DNA of 63,876 nt, the filler included, from Candidatus Tectimicrobiota bacterium (GTDB lineage Bacteria; JACPSX01): the NCBI GenBank assembly GCA_016193065.1. It is 7 parts of 7 records of this genome, joined end to end, with 100 filler letters (N's around TTAATTAATTAA, not from the genome) between each part and the next. Parts side by side here need not be neighbours in the genome. Positions count along the whole stretch, not along the records: positions 33,272 to 51,092 come from JACPSX010000022.1; positions 51,193 to 55,077 come from JACPSX010000248.1; 5 more parts are not named here. One strand, given 5' to 3'. A program made the position numbers and the translations under genes. The notes under the pieces were generated by a model. It did no database searches. It was not told the DNA's origin and saw only the letters and a list, made by a program, of their open reading frames with translations. This document shows positions 43,343 to 54,140 of this stretch, in pieces (within the stretch, counting starts at the first letter, position 1; each line of letters opens with the position of its first letter).

Positions 43343-44212
43343 ATGAAGAAGCTAACACGGATCATCCTGGAGTCTGCTGCCTCGGTGGCCCATAAGGTCG
43401 AAGCCAGTGCGATCTTTGTCCATGCCGATCTGGTACCCGATCCCGAGACCCTTAAAAAAGTCGTGGGGGAATCCCGGATCATTCTGGTCTGCCGGGGGGA
43501 TAACACACTAGAGAAGGGAGAATGCGCGGCGCTGGGCCTGGGAACGATCCTCGTCCCCCCGATTCTGCTCAGCCGGATCGGTCAGATCAAAATGGGGGTC
43601 ATGATCGCCATTTCCCAGGGGCTCGTCAAGGTCGGGGATACGATCGTATGCATTGCCGGCATCCCCAGGACGGGAGTCGCCGATACCCTCATGGTTTTGG
43701 AGATTGGCGAGGAATTCGAAATCCTCAACTCGGTCGAATCGGTCGCCATGGCGAAGGCCGTCTCGCCAGAAGTGTTCGAGACCGTCCTCCACTTGGCTCT
43801 GGAGCTTTCTTGCGAAGGACGGGAAGGCAAACCGGTAGGCTCCATTTTGGTTATCGGTGATCATGAGAAGGTTTTGCAGTACTCGCGCCAACTCGTGATC
43901 AACCCCTTTCAAGGCTATTCGGACGAGGAGCGCAGCATTTTTAACCCCCAGATGCAGAAGACCGTCAAAGAGTTCTCAACCATCGACGGCGCCTTCATTG
44001 TCCGTGCCGACGGCGTGGTCCTGTGCGCCGGGCGACATCTGAACGCCGCCTACGAGGGGGAGGACCTGCCCCACGGATTGGGCTCGCGCCACATGGCAGC
44101 CGCGGCCATCACCGATGTCACCGATGCCGCTGCCATTGCCATTTCAGAATCCACGGGGACGGTGACCGTATTCAAGGGGGGGAAAATCTTCACCGAGATC
44201 GAGCGGCCGTGA
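43343..44212 (+). CDS. dacZ: Diadenylate cyclase, DacZ-like (N-terminal pyruvate-kinase-C-like domain + DAC)
   Basis: EGREGKPVG, IDGAF, GLGSRHMAAAAIT, AISESTG. Confidence 0.82.
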   Translation: MKKLTRIILESAASVAHKVEASAIFVHADLVPDPETLKKVVGESRIILVCRGDNTLEKGECAALGLGTILVPPILLSRIGQIKMGVMIAISQGLVKVGDTIVCIAGIPRTGVADTLMVLEIGEEFEILNSVESVAMAKAVSPEVFETVLHLALELSCEGREGKPVGSILVIGDHEKVLQYSRQLVINPFQGYSDEERSIFNPQMQKTVKEFSTIDGAFIVRADGVVLCAGRHLNAAYEGEDLPHGLGSRHMAAAAITDVTDAAAIAISESTGTVTVFKGGKIFTEIERP

Positions 44213-44308
44213 ATAGGCGAGGAACTCTAGTCCGGGCCCAGGGTCTAACAGTGAAAAAGGTATCCAATTTGGTTTATACCTGTTTTGCTCTGTAAGGAGG
44301 CGAGTTGT

Positions 44309-45169
44309 ATGAACAACACTCTGAGAACGGCAATGCTCCTGGGGTTGCTGACGGGTTTGCTGGTCCTCATCGGAGGCTATTTGGGTGGGCAACAGGGGAT
44401 GGTGATCGCCTTTGTGCTGGCTGGCCTGATGAATTTTGCCAGCTACTGGTTCTCCGACAAGATCGTGCTGATGATGTACCGGGCCAGGCAACTGGAGCCC
44501 AAGGACAATCCAACCCTCTTCTCGGCGGTGGAACGTCTTACCCGCAAAGCGGGTCTGCCCATGCCCCGGGTCTTCCTGATTCCTTCCGAGGGGGCCAATG
44601 CGTTTGCCACCGGCCGGGATCCCCAGCACGCGGCGGTAGCCGTCACAGCGGGGATTCTGGAGCTGTTGAGTTCCGAGGAGCTGGAGGGGGTGTTGGCCCA
44701 CGAACTGGCCCATGTGAAGAACCGCGACATTCTGATCGGCTCCATTGCGGCCACGATCGCGGGGGCGATTATGATGCTGGCCAACATGGCCCGCTGGGCG
44801 GCCCTGTTCGGGGGAATGGGGCGCCGGGATGGGGAAGAGCGCGGAGGGGGCGATCTGTTGGGCTTTATCTTTCTGGCCTTCCTGGCTCCCATTGCGGCCA
44901 TGCTGATCCAGATGGCGGTCTCCCGGGCCCGGGAATACCAGGCGGACGCCAGCGGGGCTCGCCTGGCGGGGACCCCGCTGGGGCTCGCGGCGGCTTTGGA
45001 GAAGCTGCACAGGGTCGCGGAGCGCCAGCCTCTGGAGGCCGGTCCGGCCACAGCCCACCTGTTCATCGTCAATCCGCTCAGCGGCCGGACCTTAATGACC
45101 CTCTTCAGCACCCATCCGGCGGTGGAAGAGCGGGTGGCACGCCTGCGCGCCATGCTGGGGAGAATGTGA
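44309..45169 (+). CDS. htpX: Zinc metalloprotease HtpX
   Basis: [40 protein letters not shown] before ATG 44309. Confidence 0.95.
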   Translation: MNNTLRTAMLLGLLTGLLVLIGGYLGGQQGMVIAFVLAGLMNFASYWFSDKIVLMMYRARQLEPKDNPTLFSAVERLTRKAGLPMPRVFLIPSEGANAFATGRDPQHAAVAVTAGILELLSSEELEGVLAHELAHVKNRDILIGSIAATIAGAIMMLANMARWAALFGGMGRRDGEERGGGDLLGFIFLAFLAPIAAMLIQMAVSRAREYQADASGARLAGTPLGLAAALEKLHRVAERQPLEAGPATAHLFIVNPLSGRTLMTLFSTHPAVEERVARLRAMLGRM

Positions 45170-45238
45170 GACCAGTGGGACTCCCCCCTCAAAGTAAGCC
45201 GGCAACTCCTTCTAATTTACTTGGTGAGGAAAGAAGGG

Positions 45239-45499
45239 ATGACAATGGATAACGACCTGTATGAAAGCGCCTTTGCCCGGGTCCCGAACCGTTTCTTGCT
45301 AAACACCGTGCTCGCCAAAAGAGTGCACCAGTTGAACAAAGGAGCCCCGCCGATGGTCGAGGCGAATGGCTCGAGCTTTTTTGAGATCGCACTGCGCGAG
45401 ATCATCGCGGGGAAGCTGCAATTCCATACCGCAACCCCCGAGGAACTGAAGTCCCAGCGCGAAGAGGTGAAGAAACCGGAGAGCGAGGAGAAGCCGTGA
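45239..45499 (+). CDS. rpoZ: RNA polymerase omega subunit
   Basis: VPNRFLL..AKRVHQL..GAPP..IALREI..GKL. Confidence 0.85.
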   Translation: MTMDNDLYESAFARVPNRFLLNTVLAKRVHQLNKGAPPMVEANGSSFFEIALREIIAGKLQFHTATPEELKSQREEVKKPESEEKP

Positions 45500-46440
45500 T
45501 CGAAGTTGAGGGACTAACCAAGTATTACGGCCCCTCCCGGGCCATCGAGAACGTCACATTCAGCGTGAACCGGGGAGAAGTTCTCGGTTTCCTGGGACCC
45601 AACGGGTCCGGCAAAACGACGACCATGCGGATCCTGACCTGCTTTATGCCGGCCACCCGAGGCAGCGTGCGGGTGGCTGGACACGATGTCTTCCGCAATC
45701 CTCTGGAGGTCAAGAAAAACATCGGCTATCTTCCCGAAAATGTCCCCCTGTACACGGACATGACCGTGAGGGGTTTTCTGAACTTTTTCGCGGAAATCAA
45801 AGGAGTCGAAAAGGGCACGCGGAAGGCGCGGATCGATGAAGTCATGGCCAACTGCGGTGTGGAAGACGTGGGGGATAAACTGATCTCCAAGCTCTCCAAA
45901 GGGTATCGGCAGAGGGTGGGGTTGGCCCAGGCCCTGCTCAACAATCCCCCGGTCCTGATCCTGGATGAACCCACCACGGGACTCGACCCCAGGCAGATCA
46001 TCGAGATCCGCGAGCTGATCCGTAGACTCTCCGGGGAAAAGACGGTCATCCTTTGCACCCACATTCTCCCCGAAGTGGAGATGCTGTGCGGCCGGGTCCT
46101 CATCATCAATGAGGGCACGGTTGTGGCCGAGGATACCCCCGAGAATCTCACCACCGGGCTCCAGCGCTCCCACCGTATCCATCTCCAGGTGGAAGGTCCT
46201 GCTGCCGAGGTCGCAGCGAGCCTGGAAGAAGTCCCTGGCGTCCTGCGGGTTAAACAGAGTTCCCCCCCGTCCTCCGGGCCTCATTCCTACGACCTCGAGG
46301 TGGACAAGTCCGATGAGGCCCGCAAGGCATTGGCCCGCATGATCGTCAACCGGGGTTGGGGGCTTCTGGAAATGCGCACCATCGACCTGAGCCTGGAGGA
46401 CGTGTTCGTGAAACTCGTCACCACCGAGAACGGCGGATAG
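45496..46440 (+). CDS. ABC transporter ATP-binding protein (GldA-like)
   Basis: GPNGSGKTT, LSKGYRQRVGLAQAL, THILPEV. Confidence 0.92.
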   Translation: MIEVEGLTKYYGPSRAIENVTFSVNRGEVLGFLGPNGSGKTTTMRILTCFMPATRGSVRVAGHDVFRNPLEVKKNIGYLPENVPLYTDMTVRGFLNFFAEIKGVEKGTRKARIDEVMANCGVEDVGDKLISKLSKGYRQRVGLAQALLNNPPVLILDEPTTGLDPRQIIEIRELIRRLSGEKTVILCTHILPEVEMLCGRVLIINEGTVVAEDTPENLTTGLQRSHRIHLQVEGPAAEVAASLEEVPGVLRVKQSSPPSSGPHSYDLEVDKSDEARKALARMIVNRGWGLLEMRTIDLSLEDVFVKLVTTENGG

Positions 46441-46450
46441 GATTCTCACC

Positions 46451-47221
46451 ATGCGAAACTTTTTGCCAATCTTCAAGAAAGAACTCGCTTCTTACTTCAC
46501 TTCCCCCATTGCCTACATCGTCTACTGCATGTTTCTAATCATCGTGGGTTATCTGTTCTACAGCGGCATCTCCTTTTTCAGCATCCTGAGCTTTCAGTCC
46601 CTGAACAACCCCAACCTGGCGCAAGGGCTCAATGTTACGGAGGGGGTATTTCGACCGCTGTATCTCAACATGGGGGTGATCCTGCTTCTCATGATGCCCC
46701 TGCTCACGATGCGGCTGTTTGCCGAAGAGAAGAAGTCGGGCACCATCGAACTCCTGCTCACGAACCCGATCCGCGACGTGGAAGTCCTGCTCGGAAAATA
46801 CGCGGCCTGCATGGCGGTCTACCTCGTCATGCTTCTACTCACGGCGCTCTTCCCCGCATTTACCACCTTGGTGGGCAGTCCCGAAGCGGGGCCGATTCTC
46901 AGCTCCTATTTGGGGCTCTTGCTGCTCGGCGCCTCTTTTATCGCCATCGGCACCTTGGTCTCTTCCCTTACCGAGAATCAGATCATCGCCGCGGCGGTCA
47001 CCTTCGGCATTCTCCTGCTGCTCTGGGTCATCAGTTGGTCGGCCTCGTTCGCCGGCCCCACCTGGGGAACCCTCTTGCTCCACCTTTCGGCCACGGAACA
47101 TTTTCAGAACTTCGCCAAGGGGGTCGTTGACACCCAGGACGTTATCTACTACCTGAACCTTTCGGTGTTTTGTCTCTTTTTAACCTTGAGATCGCTCGAA
47201 TCGAAGCGTTGGAGGGGATGA
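46451..47221 (+). CDS. ABC-2 permease (GldF-like)
   Basis: KELASYFTSPIAY, MRLFAEEKKSGTIELLLT, TENQIIA. Confidence 0.9.
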   Translation: MRNFLPIFKKELASYFTSPIAYIVYCMFLIIVGYLFYSGISFFSILSFQSLNNPNLAQGLNVTEGVFRPLYLNMGVILLLMMPLLTMRLFAEEKKSGTIELLLTNPIRDVEVLLGKYAACMAVYLVMLLLTALFPAFTTLVGSPEAGPILSSYLGLLLLGASFIAIGTLVSSLTENQIIAAAVTFGILLLLWVISWSASFAGPTWGTLLLHLSATEHFQNFAKGVVDTQDVIYYLNLSVFCLFLTLRSLESKRWRG

Positions 47222-47225
47222 GCTG

Positions 47226-48809
47226 ATGTCAGCACGGCTCAGGACTGTACTCTGGATATTGGGGTTTCTCCTTACCGTCGGGGGCGCGATTGCCTACGTA
47301 ATCAAGCCCCTCTTGACTCCTGTGACATCGGTGGCCTTGGGCCTGGGGCTCTTGATGCTCCTGGTGAACCTGTACTTGAACTTTGCAGACGTGCGCCGCT
47401 TTCTGGGGAAGCGGTCCACCCGCTACGGCGGCAACCTGGCCGTTCTGGCCCTCATCGTTTTGGCCATCGCGGTGCTTGTGCAGGGCCTGGCCACCCGCCA
47501 CAACCTGCGCTGGGACCTAACCGAAAACAAGCGCTTCAGCCTCTCCCCACAGACCCGTAACATCCTCAAGAACCTGAAGAAGAACACGGAGATTCTCGCC
47601 TTTTACCGGGACACGGAAGCAGGTAAACAGAGCCTGAAGGACCTTCTGGAAGAATACACCAACTCCTCCTCACGGTTTAAGTACCGCTTCGTAGATCCCG
47701 ATCGCTCCCCGAACCTGGCCAAAGAATACAAGGTAGCTGCGTACGGAACTCTGGTCCTGGAAAGCGGCGGCAAGAGGGAGAAGGTTGAAAGCGATACGGA
47801 ACAGGCCATTACCAATGGTCTTCTCAAGGTAACGCGCGACCGGGAGAAAACCATCTATATGATCACCGGCCATGGAGAGAAACAGATCACGAGCCAGGAC
47901 AAAACCGGATTTAGCGCGGCCAAGCAAGCCGTCGAAGAACAAAACTACAAGGTCAAAGAACTTGTTCTCTTGCGAGAAAAGGCAGTCCCCCAGGACGCGG
48001 CTGTTGTGGTGATCCCGGGTCCGAGCCGAGACTTTTTCCCGGAAGAACTCTCCACGCTTACCGACTATATTGACCGCGGGGGGAAACTCCTGGTCATGCT
48101 GGAACCCCAGGTGGAGACGCCCCGCCTCAGCAAGCTCTTGGAGGACTACGGCATCGAGGTGGGGAACAATGAGATCATCGACCGTTTGAGCCGAGTTTTC
48201 GGCGCCGACTACACCATGCCCGTGGTCACCCAGTACGCCCGGCACCCGATCACCGCGAACTTTGGGGTGGCTTCCTTCTTCCCCTCGACCCGCTCCGTGA
48301 CTCCGGTGAAAAAGCCGAAGACCGGAGTGGAGGTCCAACCCCTGGCTCTTACCGGTCCCAACAGCTGGGCTGAAACCGACCTGAAGAGACTCCGCCAGGG
48401 TAGCGCCGAATTCAACGAGGGCTCGGACATTGCCGGGCCCGTCTCCATTGCCGCTGTATCCTCCGTGGCGCCCAAAGAACGAGAGGATCCTAAAGGCCTG
48501 CTGTTTTCCGGGAAGAAAGGGCCCCCCAAGTCCGGCAAGGCCCGGATCGTCGTTTTCGGCGACTCCGATTTCGCCGGGAACACGGCGCTGGGCATCTCCG
48601 GAAACCGGGATCTTTTCCTGAACTCGTTGAGCTGGCTTGCCGAAGAAGAGGAATTAATCGCCATCCGGCCCAAGGACCAGTCCAACGCTCCCCTGCTGCT
48701 CTCGGCCACGGAAGGCCGCCTGGCCTTCTGGTTTCCCCTCGTCATCCTCCCCGCCACAGTCCTGGGAGCCGGTGTCTTTGTGATATGGCGGCGGAGGTGG
48801 AGCCGATGA
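47226..48809 (+). CDS. GldG-like ABC auxiliary protein
   Basis: WDLTENKRFSLS, TGHGE, VFGDSDF, NRDLFLN; C-terminal TM then WRRR. Confidence 0.88.
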   Translation: MSARLRTVLWILGFLLTVGGAIAYVIKPLLTPVTSVALGLGLLMLLVNLYLNFADVRRFLGKRSTRYGGNLAVLALIVLAIAVLVQGLATRHNLRWDLTENKRFSLSPQTRNILKNLKKNTEILAFYRDTEAGKQSLKDLLEEYTNSSSRFKYRFVDPDRSPNLAKEYKVAAYGTLVLESGGKREKVESDTEQAITNGLLKVTRDREKTIYMITGHGEKQITSQDKTGFSAAKQAVEEQNYKVKELVLLREKAVPQDAAVVVIPGPSRDFFPEELSTLTDYIDRGGKLLVMLEPQVETPRLSKLLEDYGIEVGNNEIIDRLSRVFGADYTMPVVTQYARHPITANFGVASFFPSTRSVTPVKKPKTGVEVQPLALTGPNSWAETDLKRLRQGSAEFNEGSDIAGPVSIAAVSSVAPKEREDPKGLLFSGKKGPPKSGKARIVVFGDSDFAGNTALGISGNRDLFLNSLSWLAEEEELIAIRPKDQSNAPLLLSATEGRLAFWFPLVILPATVLGAGVFVIWRRRWSR

Positions 48810-50584
48810 GTTTCCGGAAAACTCTCCTCTTTGCTCTGATCCTGGCAGTGATCGCTGCTTTTTACTACCTCTACGAAATCCGGGGAGGCAGCATCCGACT
48901 GGCCAGGAGCAAGGCGGCGCAAAAACTTTTTGAGATCAAGACCGACGCCATCTCGGAAGTCAAACTGAAAAATCCAAAAGGTCACTTCGTCCTGACCAAG
49001 AACGGAGAGGAATGGACACTCCGGGAACCGGTTCCTACCCCGGGCGATACGCAGGCCGTCTCGGATCTTATCCGCATGGTCGCCGAGGCCCAGAGGGGCC
49101 GGATCATCGAAGAAAACCCCAAAGACCTCACTCCGTTCGGACTCAAACCTCCCAAGATGGAGGTTTCCTTCCCGGGAAAAGACAAATCGAAAACGCCTCC
49201 CCTTCTTCTCCTAGGAGACTCGAACCCCAGCGGCACCGAAGTTTATGCCCAAGTGGAGGGAAAGCCAGCGGTTTTTCTTCTGGACATGGCGATCAAAGCA
49301 GCCTTGGATAAAGGGCTCTACGAGTTTCGGGATAAACGTCTCCTCCCTTTCAAGACCAGCGAGGTCACCCAGATTCTCTGGAATCGCGGGAATCTGAAAT
49401 TGACGTCGGGAAAAAACAAGGATGGATCCTGGTCTTTGGTAGAGCCCTTCAAAACGCCGGCGGACTCTCAAAAAATCGAAGATATACTTTTCCGCTTTGG
49501 ACAGACTCAAGTAAAAGAGTTTATCACTGCCCAGAAAAAGAACCTATCCGAGTTCGGTACGGATAAACCCGCCGTCACTCTGGTTTTCAAAAGAGATAAG
49601 AAGCCGGATCTCACCCTCTCTTTTGGCCGCCGGCTCGCAAAGGAGAAAGAGGTCTACGCCCGGCGGGGCGGAGAGCAATCCATCCTGCGCGTTGAAGACG
49701 TGGTGCTCAAGGACATCCCGGAGACCCTCACGGCCATCCGGGACCGCGCCGTGTTTAAAGCCGATCAGGATCACGTCCTAAAAGTGGATTGGAAGAAAGC
49801 AGACGGCTCCGAACTCCTCCTGGTCAAGACGATGAAAAACGGCTCCGAGGAATGGACAATCGAAAAGCCCGTGACCGCGCCGGCCGAACGATCGGAGGCC
49901 TACGGGCTACTCTGGGACCTGCATGATACCAAGCTGGAACGGTTTGTCGGCGACGCGCCGAAAGATCTCGCTCCTTACGGGTTAACTGCCCCGCAATGGA
50001 CCGTGACCCTCTGGCAGAAAGGGGAGGAAAAGCCCCAGGTTCTAAAGATCGGAAAGGCAAGTCCGGGCTCCCAGGGCTTCTTTGCTATGGTCAGCTACTC
50101 GCCCTCGGTGTTCCTGTTGTCGAACGCCGGTTTCAAGCGGCTCTGGCGCAACCCGGAAGACCTGAGAGATCGCAAACTCCTGGACTTCGACACGGAAAGA
50201 ATCTCAAAAGTGGAACTGCGTTACCAGACGATCACGGTACTCCTGGAAAAAAAAGGGAAACGCTGGCAGATGCTGGCCCCCGAGAAAGCGGACATCGCGA
50301 GCCCCAAGATGATCGATCTGCTGTGGGGAGTGAAAGATCTCAAATTCAAGAAGGAGGTGAGCAACCAGGCCAAGGAATTGGACTCTTTTGGCCTGAAGAA
50401 CGCTCAGATCCAGATCCGTCTCTGGGACGAAAAGGGTAAGCAGTTCCCGGCCTTGGCCGTGGGCTCAAGAATTCCCAACAGCGACGAATACTACCTTGCC
50501 AAGGAGCCGTTCACCTCGGTTTACAGCGTGAGCTTCGACCTTCTCAACAAGCTCCCCAAAGGGCCCAGAGATCTCCTGTTCTAA
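48806..50584 (+). CDS. DUF4340-type repeat membrane-anchored protein
   Basis: N-terminal TM; repeated W..EP...FGL..P...RD units; ATGA overlap at 48806. Confidence 0.8.
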   Translation: MSFRKTLLFALILAVIAAFYYLYEIRGGSIRLARSKAAQKLFEIKTDAISEVKLKNPKGHFVLTKNGEEWTLREPVPTPGDTQAVSDLIRMVAEAQRGRIIEENPKDLTPFGLKPPKMEVSFPGKDKSKTPPLLLLGDSNPSGTEVYAQVEGKPAVFLLDMAIKAALDKGLYEFRDKRLLPFKTSEVTQILWNRGNLKLTSGKNKDGSWSLVEPFKTPADSQKIEDILFRFGQTQVKEFITAQKKNLSEFGTDKPAVTLVFKRDKKPDLTLSFGRRLAKEKEVYARRGGEQSILRVEDVVLKDIPETLTAIRDRAVFKADQDHVLKVDWKKADGSELLLVKTMKNGSEEWTIEKPVTAPAERSEAYGLLWDLHDTKLERFVGDAPKDLAPYGLTAPQWTVTLWQKGEEKPQVLKIGKASPGSQGFFAMVSYSPSVFLLSNAGFKRLWRNPEDLRDRKLLDFDTERISKVELRYQTITVLLEKKGKRWQMLAPEKADIASPKMIDLLWGVKDLKFKKEVSNQAKELDSFGLKNAQIQIRLWDEKGKQFPALAVGSRIPNSDEYYLAKEPFTSVYSVSFDLLNKLPKGPRDLLF

Positions 50585-50618
50585 AGGCCCTTGCAGACCC
50601 CTGGCAGGGAGGTGAATC

Positions 50619-51092
50619 GTGGTCTTCGCGCGGATCAATCGCTCCTATTATGAGCGTCTCCTGAGCCCCCTCCTGAAGGCCCTAAGCCGCCTGCGAATCC
50701 ATCCCAATGCGCTCACGGTCATCGGATTATTGATTAACGGGGTGGCAGCCGTCCAGTTCGCCAACGGACGGGTGCGCTGGGGCGGGTTGTTGATCCTGGG
50801 GGCGGGGATCTTCGATTATCTCGACGGGGCCTTGGCCCGCTATTCGAGACGAACGTCCCCCTTCGGTGCCTTCCTGGACTCCACGATTGATCGCTATTCG
50901 GACATGACCCTTCTGACCGGAATTTTGATCTTCTTCATGCGGCAAAATGAGGCGGGTCTCGTCCTGCTTACCTGCGCAACGCTGGCCGGCTTCGTCATGG
51001 TGAGCTATACCAGAGCTCGAGCCGAGTCCCTGATCCCCGACTGCACCGTCGGTCTCATGGAACGCGCCGAAAGGCTCATCCTGCTCTCCCTC
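50619..51092 (+). CDS. CDP-alcohol phosphatidyltransferase, 3' cut by contig end
   Basis: HPNALT; D-YLDGALAR...GAFLDSTIDRYSD; SYTRARAE. Confidence 0.9.
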
Positions 51093-51194
51093 NNNNNNNN
51101 NNNNNNNNNNNNNNNNNNNNNNNNNNNNNNNNNNNNTTAATTAATTAANNNNNNNNNNNNNNNNNNNNNNNNNNNNNNNNNNNNNNNNNNNNAG

Positions 51195-51803
<609 letters not shown>

Positions 51804-51818
51804 AGGGAGGCGTGTTCC

Positions 51819-52211
51819 GTGGACGGCACACCAAGATCCGAACCGGCCGGGAACATGGACCGACGTCCGTGGGGGAGCTTCACCGTGCTGGACGAGGGGG
51901 AGGGCTATAAAGTCAAGAGGATCGAGGTGCTGCCGGGTAAGCGTCTCAGTTACCAGAGACACTCCCGGCGCTGCGAGCACTGGATGGTTGTCCAGGGGGC
52001 CGGTAAAGTGACTCTCGAGGGTCGGGAAATCCTCCTGCAGGTGGGAGATACGGCGGACGTGCCGACAGGCGCCGCCCACCGGATGGAGAACCCCGGAAAG
52101 GAGACGCTCGTTTTCATCGAGATTCAGCGCGGCAGCTACCTTGGTGAAGATGATATCGTGCGCCTGCAGGACGACTTCGGGCGGCTGATCGGCGACAAAG
52201 AGAACGGGTGA
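51819..52211 (+). CDS. Mannose-6-phosphate isomerase type II C-terminal cupin
   Basis: RPWGSF, LSYQRH..EHW, HRMENPG, IEIQRGSYLGEDDIVR. Confidence 0.9.
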   Translation: MDGTPRSEPAGNMDRRPWGSFTVLDEGEGYKVKRIEVLPGKRLSYQRHSRRCEHWMVVQGAGKVTLEGREILLQVGDTADVPTGAAHRMENPGKETLVFIEIQRGSYLGEDDIVRLQDDFGRLIGDKENG

Positions 52212-52213
52212 GA

Positions 52214-52425
52214 TTACGCGATATAGGAGAGTTTTCTCGACGCTTCTCTTCGATTCCTGGCTCCAGCAATCAGCTCAGCGACGATAAGGTGGGAGGTATA
52301 GATAAAGTCGGCTTCGCTAAGCTGCGCCACGATGGGTAGAACTGGATGGGGTGATTGCCCGTCGCGCTTACGAAGGAACTCCACCCAGATCGATGTGTCG
52401 ACAAGATAGCCTTTAGCGCCGGCCG
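52214..52425 (-). pseudogene. vapC: Truncated PIN-domain (VapC) toxin
   Basis: YLVDTSIWVEFLR..IVAELIAGA then stop after ~70 aa; no clear start codon. Confidence 0.7.
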
Positions 52426-52613
52426 CGATCTTGAGGTCGAACGTACTCAATGGCAATCCGTCCAGCCTTGGCAAGAAGTCTGCGCTGCTTCTCAAGGCGT
52501 CTCTTTTCGCTCAGGAGCAAGCGGATGGCCTGGGTCTTGTTCTCTGCCCCGGTTAAAGCGAGGGCCTCTTCCGCCTCCTCCTTGGAAATTTTTACAGTGG
52601 TGAACTTGCTCAT
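52413..52613 (-). CDS. vapB: VapB-type antitoxin
   Basis: 66 aa, MSKFTTVKIS..EALALTGAENKTQAI; GAAGGA RBS; upstream of the PIN gene. Confidence 0.72.
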   Translation of the reverse strand: MSKFTTVKISKEEAEEALALTGAENKTQAIRLLLSEKRRLEKQRRLLAKAGRIAIEYVRPQDRGRR

Positions 52614-52641
52614 AGGGATTTCCTTCTCAATGGGCGAAAGG

Positions 52642-52671
52642 GGTATACCGCAATTCAGCAAAAGGTATACC
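52642..52671. promoter_or_regulatory. Probable vapBC autorepression operator
   Basis: Two GGTATACC palindromes 22 bp apart, downstream of a minus-strand TTGACG (52691-52686). Confidence 0.5.
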
Positions 52672-52911
52672 ACCAACGATCCCTCCGTCAAGTATCTTCT
52701 ACGCCAAATCTTTCCCTGAAAACTTGCTTGACCCGAAGTCCTAAAGTGTCTTAGAAATAAAAACTGGGGCTTTAGCCGAGGGGCACCTTCCAGGTCGTGA
52801 CGCGCGGTTTCCGTGCGGTCATTTTTCCGCCGGCACCCAAAGCCGCTGGGTGCTTTTCCAATCCGCCTGCAATTTTCAACAATCGAAACCAGGGGGCAGG
52901 AGGCGACGCAG

Positions 52912-53581
52912 ATGGGAAGACGCATCTGGATTTCCCTGTTTGTTTTTTCTCTCCTGACGTTCCTGACCGTTCTCCTGCGGGGATTCCCCCAAGCCTCGGC
53001 CCAGGGGCCCGCCTGGAGAAGCCGGGAAGGGCAGGCTTGCCTCCAATGCCGTAGCTCGCAGAACGCAGCCCTCGTGGAGGAATGGCGTCTGGGGGAGCAC
53101 GGCCAGAAAGGGGTGAATTGCTTTGATTGCCACCGGGCGGAGAGGGGGGAAGCGGACGCTTTCGAGCACAATGGGGCTCTGATCGCCGTGATCGTATCCC
53201 CCAAGGACTGCGCCCGCTGCCACCGGAAAGAAGTGGACGAGCAGAAGGGGAGTCATCACGCCAAGGCCGGGCAGATCCTGGCTTCCCTGGACAACTTCCT
53301 GGGCGAGGTGGTCGGGGGCCCGCCGGCGGGCCCGCCACGGAGCCTCCATGTCGGGACCGGACTATGCCTGGTGGCACGGCATGTACGAGGTGGCCAAAGC
53401 CTTCTACCTGCACTTCGTTCCCGAGGTGAAGGAAGTTGCCGGCGAGCCGCTGGCCACCCAACTCCTGGACAAGTACGTCTTCTCCCAGCCGGGCCACAAG
53501 TGGCTTAAGGAAGGGATGACCAAGGAGCAGCTCCAGAAGATCCAGGAGTTCTACAAGAGCCGGTACGGCGAGCAGAAATAG
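52912..53581 (+). pseudogene. HAO/octaheme-family multiheme cytochrome c with large internal deletion and frameshift at ~53322-53329
   Basis: Signal peptide; CLQCR (His lost), VNCFDCH, VSPKDCARCH, SHHAKAG, GEVVGG; then other frame RRARHGASMSGPDYAWWHGMYEVAK. Confidence 0.8.
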
Positions 53582-53640
53582 GCCCGGACGGACTTTTCCC
53601 ACGGACAAACAGGCAAAACGCTGATCAGAAAATGCCCTGT

Positions 53641-53802
53641 TCACCCCCTTCCTACCCCTCCCACCCCTCGAGGGGGAGGGTATGGAAGGGGGGAGTTGCC
53701 GTGCGTTCCATCTTCAACTGATCGCAACATCGAAGCATTGTTATTTCCCTTGCGAAATCCCCCCTTCCCCCCCTTTTTAAAAGGGGGGAGCAGGGGGATT
53801 TT
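53641..53802. repeat. Two REP-like palindromes (53641-53697; 53755-53802)
   Basis: CCCCTCGAGGGG hairpin family, and AAATCCCCC..CCCCCCTTTTTAAAAGGGGGG..GGGGGATTT. Confidence 0.7.
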
Positions 53803-53903
53803 CTGAGGTGAATCCTTAGGAGCCGGCCTGGCTCCTTATGGGCAAAGGTCGGGGGTCGCCTTGACCCGGCCCATGGTGAACCAAACGGAGGAGGTTGGGA
53901 GCG

Positions 53904-54092
53904 ATGAATCGGGAGCGTGCCATCCGCTTGATTGCCGGGAGTTTTGTGTTGATTTCCCTGGCCTTGGGTTACTTCGCGAGCCCCTACTGGTTCCTGTTCA
54001 CGGCCTTCGTGGGTCTTAACCTGATTCAATCCTCGTTTACCCGCTGGTGTCTCATGGAGGACATCCTGAGGAAGATGGGGGTACAGGAATAA
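53904..54092 (+). CDS. DUF2892 (YgaP-like) small membrane protein
   Basis: ERAIRLIAG..FVGLNLIQSSFTRWCLME. Confidence 0.88.
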   Translation: MNRERAIRLIAGSFVLISLALGYFASPYWFLFTAFVGLNLIQSSFTRWCLMEDILRKMGVQE

Positions 54093-54140
54093 GACTCCGG
54101 CGTTCCTCGCCTGGAGCATCTACCGTTGAAGGAGGGCATC

